From the NCBI GenBank assembly GCA_018066175.1, contig JAGHRV010000053.1, forward strand, positions 5,592 through 69,591: DNA of 64,000 bases, in the 5' to 3' direction. Numbering within the stretch: position 1 is the first letter of the stretch; every line of letters begins with the position of its first letter. Shown piece after piece: positions 22,789 to 30,660 of the stretch. Position numbers and translations under genes: made by a program. The notes beneath the pieces were generated by a model, which was not told the origin of the DNA, did not search any database, and saw only the letters and a list, made by a program, of their open reading frames with translations. Source of the stretch: Candidatus Colicola equi. GTDB taxonomy: Bacteria; Bacteroidota; Bacteroidia; Bacteroidales; Paludibacteraceae.

Positions 22789-22844
22789 ATTACATTGGTT
22801 TTATCATTGATTCAATAAAGGCGATAATTGGAGATATTACTCAA

Positions 22845-23442
22845 TCATTGCTGTTCCTCGGGTTGTTCATCAAAGGGCAATATGGGTAAATTACCTTCGG
22901 CAGACAGTCTGTCAAAATCAGAAGCGAACAAGCGATCTTGGATAACGCGGTACTTCTCAAACTCTGTTTCGGCGAACTCTTTGGCTACCTCTGCTGTAAT
23001 GCGACCAGCATCATGCAGGATTTCATCGCCTCCGGCTTTGAGGATAATATCTATTCGCTTTGCCCAATCCTCCATAGTCATGGGGATATGACGCTGAGCC
23101 ATTCGCTCTGCCAATTCCAACATACCATTCACCAGTTGCGCAAGACTCTCCAATTCTTGCTCCTTGAGATAGTTCTTGGCGATTGACGGAGCGAGAGCCT
23201 TCCTGTTGAACTACCCCAATTTTCTGGGTAGTTCGATCTTGCATCAATTCTCCCTCTTGATAAATGTTCTGCAAATGAAAACCAATCGTCTTTGCTTCGA
23301 CCCCAAACAACTCGCCCATAGCGGCTTGAGTTGCCCAAATTGTCTCGTCGCAATACACAACCTGTACGCCTTTCTCTTGATTGGCTGCAAGGAAAGTCAA
23401 GAACTCAGCAGTACTATTTCGTATTTCAAGTATTTTTGCCAT
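22845..23442 (-). pseudogene. RhuM-family gene remnant (internal deletion plus frame change)
   Basis: ORF 23442..23023 starts like a RhuM N-terminus (...ETIWATQAAMGELFGVEAKTIGFHLQNIYQEGEL...VVQQEGSRSVNRQ), then turns into nonsense. The other frame (ORF 23153..22845, extendable upstream) reads ...IAKNYLKEQELESLAQLVNGMLELAERMAQRHIPMTMEDW...ILHDAGRITAEVAKEFAETEFEKYR. That is collinear with the C-terminal third of the intact RhuM gene at 29565-30584. The YNLD...VGYRV...RQWAT core is missing. Confidence 0.75.
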
Positions 23443-23510
23443 ATTACATTGGTTTTATCATTGATTCAATAAAATGGTTTATAACACTCGTAAAGATGCA
23501 TCATTATAAA

Positions 23511-26500
23511 TTACTGCATTTTTTTGACCGCCATGTCAATATAACGTGTATCCTCCTCGCTTAAATTATATTTGGCATAAAGTTGTTTATCTATCTCATC
23601 TATACTCCTGCTCCATTTAATATCAGATGATTCCGAAAAATCTTGGAGTGGAATGTTATTCCACACTTTTGGATTTTTATTACCTTGAGTCACTTTTTTA
23701 GTAGCCAACATTAAACGAGCAAACCTTGTCTTTAGATACTTAAGTAAATTCTCGGCTTCTATCTGGGTGTTAAAATCTCCAATAGTTATAAAAGTCTCTG
23801 TCGCACCTTCATTTGGTTTTCCAACAAATGGATCAGCCAACGTCTCGCCTATGGATCCAGTGCCATTCGTACTAGCAACGAAAACTTTATATTTCTTATA
23901 ATTTGATGGCGGGACTAAATATTTCTCGTTAAAGAAATAGCTTATTCGTTGGTTCTCTGCCCTCCCATATATCAAAGCATACTGCGAACCATCATTAGGT
24001 ATTTGAGAGAACAACACCTTCCCGAACTTTGCAAAAGCTGGAGATGACAAATATCTTTTTGAACCCCCTGATACTTTCCTTTCTAGCGACGGATTCTCCT
24101 TAAAAAACAAGGGACTGAATTTGTATGAAGTATTAGAGTATACTATTTCGGATAAACTATGTTCTAATGGGAGGACCTTCTCTAATATTGACCTTATCTG
24201 GTTATTTTTTGCATAATTACCAATGGGGGGTACTTCCTCCTGTAAATTACGCATGCAGATAGCCACGCCTCCCTTAATGTCTACATTTTGGAAAAACACC
24301 TTTGAATTTTCATTGTATCTCACTACCTTCAAATGAGTGTCATTTAACATTCTCTGATTCCAAGTAGATGGGGTTTTACCAGCATTAAATAAAAATCTTC
24401 CGGGTGTAATAAGTGTGGCAATAGGAGAAAGCTCGAATGCTAAATCATAAAACAAATGATATACAGGCGGTTGTTCTGATCTGTTCTCTATATTTTGTTG
24501 ATACGGAGGATTTCCTACAACTGCTTTAAATTCAAAATTATTTGTTGCCATATTTTCTATTCCCCAATAGGAGTATTGTTTTAATTGTTCTACAAATGCT
24601 GTTTTCTGTTCGTCATTTTTTAAGATTTCAATCAAGTCTCTTTCATGGTTGCATCTTGTTGCTATGCTTCGATAGCCTCTCAAAACCCGTTCAGTAATGC
24701 GTCTTGCCATCGGTGTCTTACATAGGACAAATAGTTGTTCGGATAGTATTTGGTTCCAAATTCCTAATTTCTGTTCTTCTGTAAGTTTCATTGGTTGTTC
24801 TGCGCATCGATATCGGAAAAGTGTATACGCTAACCACAAGGGATAAATACCTGATTTAGAATTTATTTCTAAAAGTTTAGAGTCCTTGGCAAAAATTTCT
24901 TTAGTTATGGGAACATTTTCGATTAAGATTGGGTCAGTCGTCTCCTTGGTGTAATTTGCGTCTTTAAAGAATGAATATCCACCAATAGTTTCGGTCATGT
25001 GTAGATTAACTACACGCCATGGTGTTAAGACTGTCTCCTTATCCGGATAGTGAAAGCGTTGTAAGATATGAGCCATTTTCATAACTCTTTCCTCAACTGG
25101 TAATTCGTCAGCATTATGAGTATCTTCTAGAAGCAATTGAGTAGAAGTTAAGAAATAGTCATTATTAAACAAATGCGATACTTCAAGAAACTTCTCTTGT
25201 GTAAACCCTTTAGGCATAAATTGCTCCCAATCTTCCCTGTCCATATCATGCACAAAGTTCACTAACGACCAATGCTCAGTAGAATCAATAGCACCGAATA
25301 AGAGCAATGGGAAACGTTTCGCGATAGATCCCATCAACTGACGATAGCGGCGTAAGGACTCTGCATAGTTATTACGTGGTTTTTTTGTGTTTTTCGGTTT
25401 GTTTGTTGTGTTAGATTTTTCTCCATCATTATCTCCTTCTTCTGAAGAGCCATCTTCACCAGTCATTCCTTGGTCGTTAACATTAATCTTACCCTCGTTA
25501 GACATTGCTTTGTTGTTAGCATTTCCAAATAACGATTCAATCCCCGTCAATCTTTCTAAATCTTCCTTGGACACTTCATCAAATCCCATGAATAAGCGAT
25601 GGCTATTAAAACCTTGACGATATATTTGGTCTGCTATGGCACGATGGACTTGCTTCATGAATGACAATGTATCAAAAGCTTTTGTCTGACTACCATCTAT
25701 AGCAATAATAGGGCAATAATGCATAAATTTTCCAATGTAACGTGCATGAGCATCGTCGTGATGTCCATTTTCTCTTTCCGTAGCTTCTTCTCCACTCTTA
25801 CCCTCGTTTAATTTCCTTGTTACATTCAAGAAATCCTCCACCACTGTAACAGTCCGGTCTGGAGCAAAATCAAAAGCATAGCATTCACGTTTAATGGTTC
25901 CATCCGTAGCCGGAGATTGTACTCGGAAAATGGTTTGCATATAAGAAGCAGCCTTTGTGCTATATGAACCTGCTAACATCAAAACCGCTGTCCACTCAGG
26001 AACCGTAACACCTGTGGTCAATCGACCGCAAGAGATAGTAATGGTCTTTTCATTTTCGGCAATAGCCTTCTTAACTTTCGTTAATGCAGCCTTTATTTCT
26101 GCAGCCTTCTTTTCAATATTTTCAAGTGTGTCATCACCAATATCCGTAGCGTCTACATCCTCCATCGCTAATGTGTGGCCATCACCTGCAACATTAACCA
26201 CCGCATAGTTGCGGAATATAGGATGATTATTTAACATTAAGGTAAGAGCAGCGGCCGCCTTAACGCCAGGAACAACCCAAAATGTATGCTCAAAATAATG
26301 GCGGAACACCTCATGGGCAAATGGATAATTACTCTCCGCATCATCCTTGCTTAGTAAATCTAAGAATAGGCGTACATCATCCTTATGTACAAAATCACCC
26401 ACAATGGCATCCAATGGCATTTCTTCACCATCTTCATCTATATCACCTTTCCAAACTCTAAAGAACTCCGTAAAGTTAAAATAATCATCTTCTGCATGCT

Positions 26501-27653
26501 TATAGTGTTCAAATGCAGACCCCAAACTATAGGTTAGCATATTAAGACGAGGGAGTCCTTCATAGGGATTTTTAACACCTGGATGTTTCTCATCCCATGT
26601 CTCTTTTGCTTCTTGTTCCCTTACATAATCCCACGTGTATATCTCTTGTCCCTCAAATTGATTAAGGATATTAAATGGGGTACCAGAGAGATATAGGAAT
26701 TTAGGCGATTTTTTATTTAACTGTTGAATAACCTTTTTACCTAATGTCGTTTGTGTCCCCTCATGAGCCTCATCCAAAATCACCAAATCCCACGGAGCAG
26801 AAAATATCTCTGCATTCTTATCAAATTTACCACCTGTCTCCTTCGAACCACGCAAATCCTGCATGGAAATGAAATAAATATAATGTTTGCCTGTTTTCTG
26901 CAGATCACGTTCAAGCGTTTTAAAGTCTTGTCCGAAACCACCTGGGGGAACAGACCCGTCATGTCTTGGTTTAGTTCCTCGCTGATAATTCTCAAACTTA
27001 ATTTTGTCAAAGTCTTCAAACCATCCATCTCTAACTGCAGGCCTATGTGTAAGAATGAGAGTGCGCTTACAATTCATACGACGAACTGTCTCCAACGCAC
27101 ATAGTGTCTTACCAAAACGCATTTTAGCATTCCACAACATTTTATTCCCATATTCAAAATGAATCAAAGTTCTGCGAACCGCATCGTCTTGCTCTTCGCG
27201 GAATTCAATTTCCTTTTCAGGTATAGAGTGCTTAGGTGCTTCTAATGACTGCCTTTCTTCTTTGACCGCTTTAATTGCATTTTGTGCAGTAGTTAAATCT
27301 ACAGGATACCATTCATCTGCGGTACTGGCATCAAATATATGTTTCTTGTAACCACTATTTTCCAGAACAGCATGGACATCGTGATCATCAAAATAACGAC
27401 CTTTCCCCTCTTCATTCTTGTAATAAGCCAACTCCGTGTACAAAAGGTCATACTTAAAGCCTCCTGTATTCAACTCTTGCTTAATACGAACTCGAGCCGC
27501 ATCAACCATCATAGGGTCATTGGGCTCTGGAATAAAATCTTCCGGAACGCTAACAGAGGCCTTCCCGATTTTTAGCAAGCCTTCATGATCTGGATAAGGT
27601 ACACTAAATATATAAATTAGCGTGTACTCTCTTGTTGCTTGTAGTACTGCCAT
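23511..27653 (-). CDS. 1380-aa fusion: GIY-YIG/T5orf172-like N-terminal domain + SF2 (ResIII/DEAH) helicase + gamma-type N6-adenine DNA methyltransferase module + TRD-like C-terminus
   Basis: N-terminal domain (aa 10-130): YIFSV..EGLLKIGKAS...HDVHAVL...DEWYPVDL. Helicase: Walker A AKMRFGKT (nt 27105-27113), DEAH LVILDEAHEG (nt 26763-26774), LSGTPF, TTGVTVPEW, QTIFRVQSP. Low-complexity linker at aa ~715-765. MTase motifs: ETVLTPWRVV (X), LLEINSKSGIYPL (I), AVVGNPPYQQ (IV, nt 24501-24512). The tail ends ...QLYAKYNLSEEDTRYIDMAVKKMQ. Confidence 0.8.
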   Translation of the reverse strand: MAVLQATREYTLIYIFSVPYPDHEGLLKIGKASVSVPEDFIPEPNDPMMVDAARVRIKQELNTGGFKYDLLYTELAYYKNEEGKGRYFDDHDVHAVLENSGYKKHIFDASTADEWYPVDLTTAQNAIKAVKEERQSLEAPKHSIPEKEIEFREEQDDAVRRTLIHFEYGNKMLWNAKMRFGKTLCALETVRRMNCKRTLILTHRPAVRDGWFEDFDKIKFENYQRGTKPRHDGSVPPGGFGQDFKTLERDLQKTGKHYIYFISMQDLRGSKETGGKFDKNAEIFSAPWDLVILDEAHEGTQTTLGKKVIQQLNKKSPKFLYLSGTPFNILNQFEGQEIYTWDYVREQEAKETWDEKHPGVKNPYEGLPRLNMLTYSLGSAFEHYKHAEDDYFNFTEFFRVWKGDIDEDGEEMPLDAIVGDFVHKDDVRLFLDLLSKDDAESNYPFAHEVFRHYFEHTFWVVPGVKAAAALTLMLNNHPIFRNYAVVNVAGDGHTLAMEDVDATDIGDDTLENIEKKAAEIKAALTKVKKAIAENEKTITISCGRLTTGVTVPEWTAVLMLAGSYSTKAASYMQTIFRVQSPATDGTIKRECYAFDFAPDRTVTVVEDFLNVTRKLNEGKSGEEATERENGHHDDAHARYIGKFMHYCPIIAIDGSQTKAFDTLSFMKQVHRAIADQIYRQGFNSHRLFMGFDEVSKEDLERLTGIESLFGNANNKAMSNEGKINVNDQGMTGEDGSSEEGDNDGEKSNTTNKPKNTKKPRNNYAESLRRYRQLMGSIAKRFPLLLFGAIDSTEHWSLVNFVHDMDREDWEQFMPKGFTQEKFLEVSHLFNNDYFLTSTQLLLEDTHNADELPVEERVMKMAHILQRFHYPDKETVLTPWRVVNLHMTETIGGYSFFKDANYTKETTDPILIENVPITKEIFAKDSKLLEINSKSGIYPLWLAYTLFRYRCAEQPMKLTEEQKLGIWNQILSEQLFVLCKTPMARRITERVLRGYRSIATRCNHERDLIEILKNDEQKTAFVEQLKQYSYWGIENMATNNFEFKAVVGNPPYQQNIENRSEQPPVYHLFYDLAFELSPIATLITPGRFLFNAGKTPSTWNQRMLNDTHLKVVRYNENSKVFFQNVDIKGGVAICMRNLQEEVPPIGNYAKNNQIRSILEKVLPLEHSLSEIVYSNTSYKFSPLFFKENPSLERKVSGGSKRYLSSPAFAKFGKVLFSQIPNDGSQYALIYGRAENQRISYFFNEKYLVPPSNYKKYKVFVASTNGTGSIGETLADPFVGKPNEGATETFITIGDFNTQIEAENLLKYLKTRFARLMLATKKVTQGNKNPKVWNNIPLQDFSESSDIKWSRSIDEIDKQLYAKYNLSEEDTRYIDMAVKKMQ

Positions 27654-27656
27654 ATC

Positions 27657-29180
27657 TTATTTTTTATTTACAAGTTCTTCAAAGGTTATTTTTCTAGATC
27701 CTCTTTGACGACCACTACTGGACCAAAGGGTTATCTGAGCTTTAATGCCAACTGCCGATGCTTTAGGTTCTTCTTCAAAGAAGTTCATTTCTAAAGTCTT
27801 CTCTTGTCGGCTATCGGAATATGGAACAATATATTTAATACCATCCATCTGCCATATATTCCATGAAATCCATTCTGCTACACATTGCAAACTTTGAGTA
27901 TTAAGTTCTATCGCAATATTGTGCTTTTTACAGAATGCACAGAAATACTCAATATATGTAATTAGTATATTTTCACGGGCAATCAAGAGACTATCTCCTT
28001 GCCATTCAAAACCATATATGTTACGTATAGCACGTTGTGCCCATTGTTTCCAATCCTCTACATTCTTCGCGTTTTCATTCACCACACGCAACTTTCTATC
28101 CAATAAGCCTACACGATGGTCTAAGTCTTCAATAAATACACCTGTGGTAGTATCATATCTGCTAACCAAATATGGAGCCTCTCCACAACAAATTTCAATA
28201 CGACGGTCCATAACATAATCCATCCATGTCTTACCTTTCGGGAAAGTAATAGGCTTGGTGGTATGCGTCCATGTATGGTCCTCGTTTTCATGGTTGAACA
28301 CGTCTTTGCAACCAAACCAAGCCTCATCTACTTGGTTATTTTGCGCATTACATACCCATGATGGAGTAAAGACCTCTGCCTTTTGTTTTACGCGATGCAA
28401 TTGTTCCTCTTTGCTCTTAAATGCACGGGGACGAATCACACGACCTTTATGCTTAGTAATTGCGACAATGGAAATTTCATCTGTTATATTATATCCTTCT
28501 CCTCTCTTACGATAATTATCGGTAGCCCAGATAATATGTCTATGTTTCTTTCCATTGGAGGAAGAATCCATCGTTTGGTCTCTAAGAATGGTCTCTAAGA
28601 TTAAGCCTTGCTCATCCAAAGAGAAGATATTGTCCTCAAGAATGTCAATGCTATTTATCAGTTGCTGAATTAAATTATTCCGCTGCTCATTCTTGATACT
28701 ATATATAAAGCGATTGTAAATTGTCTTTCCTGCAAATGATTTAGGGATGTAGTAGGGACCTATCAATTGTTGCAGTAATTTTTGAATCTCCAATTTTTCA
28801 AACTCTACAGGCTCCCCAAAAGAATAGCACAAATAATCATGGTTTGGAGATGGATATTCTAATTTAGCAATTTCATCTTTGGAATACGTCTTAATTTCCA
28901 AAACTGGATAAATAACATAAGCACTCTGTTTTCCACCATTGTGCAAGATAAGGAAGTCCACATTCTTATAATCTTTGCTTTGCGGATTAACCCCCGGTGA
29001 ACTACCTTTCCTTATACGTGCAGGATATATCTTATTCTTCTGAATCCATGCCTTCTTCTCTTTACGGCAGTAGCCGACCAAAAAGCGTTGGTCTGCATAA
29101 TCACGGAATAACCGAGGTACATTCTTCTCCTCTATTCCTTCAAATACAAGTGTTGGTGATATGTTCTTATCTTCTTTCAT
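27657..29180 (-). CDS. 507-aa protein: unknown N-terminal region + methyltransferase-like module lacking the catalytic [DNS]PP[YFW] motif
   Basis: aa 268-400: AEVFTPSWVCNAQNN (motif X-like), RRIEICCGEAPYLVSRYD (motif I-like; compare EPACAHGPFL of M.TaqI), IYGFEWQGDSLLIARENIL. No NPPY/DPPY/SPPY/NPPF anywhere in the 507 aa. The stop lies 3 nt before the start of the 1380-aa ORF. Confidence 0.7.
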   Translation of the reverse strand: MKEDKNISPTLVFEGIEEKNVPRLFRDYADQRFLVGYCRKEKKAWIQKNKIYPARIRKGSSPGVNPQSKDYKNVDFLILHNGGKQSAYVIYPVLEIKTYSKDEIAKLEYPSPNHDYLCYSFGEPVEFEKLEIQKLLQQLIGPYYIPKSFAGKTIYNRFIYSIKNEQRNNLIQQLINSIDILEDNIFSLDEQGLILETILRDQTMDSSSNGKKHRHIIWATDNYRKRGEGYNITDEISIVAITKHKGRVIRPRAFKSKEEQLHRVKQKAEVFTPSWVCNAQNNQVDEAWFGCKDVFNHENEDHTWTHTTKPITFPKGKTWMDYVMDRRIEICCGEAPYLVSRYDTTTGVFIEDLDHRVGLLDRKLRVVNENAKNVEDWKQWAQRAIRNIYGFEWQGDSLLIARENILITYIEYFCAFCKKHNIAIELNTQSLQCVAEWISWNIWQMDGIKYIVPYSDSRQEKTLEMNFFEEEPKASAVGIKAQITLWSSSGRQRGSRKITFEELVNKK

Positions 29181-29263
29181 TGTCCGTTTAAATATCCCCT
29201 TTGTGGACAGGGGTTGGGGTGCTTTTTTATTTCAGCATTTCGGACAAGAACACATATGGACAC

Positions 29264-29297
29264 AAAAAAAGCAGGTCCGAATTTCTCGTCCTGCTCC
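29264..29297 (-). terminator. rho-independent terminator (minus strand) between the RhuM gene and the 507-aa gene
   Basis: The minus strand reads ggagcaggacgagaaattcggacctgc followed by ttttttt; stem agcagg/cctgct with inner cga/tcg pairs. Confidence 0.6.
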
Positions 29298-29564
29298 TTT
29301 AGGCCGTAGGAAGTGCCCACTCAGTCAGAACGAGCAACTCAGACCTGCCGGTATATGACTATACGCAACTATACACCATACCCTATTTAGGATATAGTAA
29401 TAATATGCGAAATTATCACATACACGGCATCAGTTGTTGCTTCGTCTTGGACTGATGTTTTTGAATTTCCTACGTTCAAAGGAGCCAAGATTAAAGCGTC
29501 AAATGACGCCAATTATCAATATGTCCCCCTGTTTAACGTCAGTGGGTGACGAGGTTATATAGTT

Positions 29565-30584
29565 CTATTTACCTTCTTGTGTGGCTTGCTTTAATTGTTT
29601 CAAACTTTGGTAATAGTCTTCTTCTACAGGAGAAAGTGTACGAGTTTGATATTTGCGATATTCTTCTAAAACCTTAGTTTTTGCCTGCTCCATAGAGATG
29701 TGTCCGGCATCTTGCAAAACCTCTCCTCCTGAAAGACGAATCAAGCCATCTAATGCACTCACAAAATCTTGCATCATCATGGGGCGATGTTGTTCTGCCT
29801 GTATCTCTGCAATGTCAAAGTAAGCAGAGACCATGTTATTTAGCCGTTTAAGTTCAGGCTCATCCAAGTAATTCTTGGCAACTTGCACTTCTGCTTTAGT
29901 AGGCTGTGCTCCCCTAAATGATTGAAGTCCCATAAATGGTTTCTCAGCATCTGCACGTAGCACCATTAGTTCGCCAGCGGTGTGACCGTGTACGGCATAG
30001 TGGAACTTATTTTGTACAATTTTAAAGAATAGTTGGCTTTGTTCTGCCTTAGGATTGTAGTCAGCGCTAGTAGCGTATAAATCCAACACCTGGCGATACA
30101 TCACCTTTTCTGACGAACGTATATCGCGGATGCGATCAAGTAATTCTTTCCAATATGCACCACCTGCATTACCCTTTAATCGCTCATCATCCATCGTAAA
30201 TCCTTTGACAATGTACTCATGGATGCGCTTTGTCGCCCACTGACGGAATTGTGTACCACGAACAGACTTAACACGATAACCAACAGAGATAATAACATCT
30301 AGGTTATAATAAGCAACTTGATCATCTATAGCTCCACGATAACCACGATTTACGACTGTTGCAAATTTTGCAATCGTCGTCTCACGAGATAATTCCCCTT
30401 CCTCAAATATATTCTTCACATGCCGACTAATAACGGACTTATCACGTTGGAAAAGTGCTGCCATTTGGTCCAAAGAAAGCCAAACAGATTCATCCTTTAA
30501 CTGAACATTCAGTTTGGTAGAACCATCCTCTGTTTGATAGATGATTAGTTCTCCTTGAGATGTTATGTTAGTTTGTTCGTTCAT
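29565..30584 (-). CDS. RhuM-family protein (intact, 339 aa)
   Basis: ORF 29565..30632 trimmed to the ATG at 30584 (MNEQTNITSQGELIIYQTEDGSTKLNV...), because the -7 box lies inside the longer ORF. Typical RhuM blocks: VWLSLDQMAALFQRDKSVISRHVKNIFEEGEL, YYNLDVIISVGYRVKSVRGTQFRQWATKR. Confidence 0.85.
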   Translation of the reverse strand: MNEQTNITSQGELIIYQTEDGSTKLNVQLKDESVWLSLDQMAALFQRDKSVISRHVKNIFEEGELSRETTIAKFATVVNRGYRGAIDDQVAYYNLDVIISVGYRVKSVRGTQFRQWATKRIHEYIVKGFTMDDERLKGNAGGAYWKELLDRIRDIRSSEKVMYRQVLDLYATSADYNPKAEQSQLFFKIVQNKFHYAVHGHTAGELMVLRADAEKPFMGLQSFRGAQPTKAEVQVAKNYLDEPELKRLNNMVSAYFDIAEIQAEQHRPMMMQDFVSALDGLIRLSGGEVLQDAGHISMEQAKTKVLEEYRKYQTRTLSPVEEDYYQSLKQLKQATQEGK

Positions 30585-30601
30585 GCGCTCAATTTTGATT
30601 G

Positions 30602-30609
30602 CAAAATTA
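30602..30609 (-). promoter_or_regulatory. -7 box TAATTTTG (minus strand) of the RhuM gene
   Basis: The plus-strand caaaatta sits 18 nt upstream of the ATG at 30584. The -33-like CTTG is 20 nt further upstream. Confidence 0.65.
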
Positions 30610-30660
30610 CAAATAATTTTTGGAATATGCAAGAAAAAGTGAAATTTTAGATAAAAATAT

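Noticed and set aside
23511-29180. Assigning the two-gene module to BREX, DISARM, Type I or Type III R-M
   Set aside because: There is no PglZ/alkaline-phosphatase-like, Lon-like, DUF1998, PLD, HsdS or separate Res/Mod pair in or near the locus. The architecture does not fit, so it is reported as unclassified rather than named.
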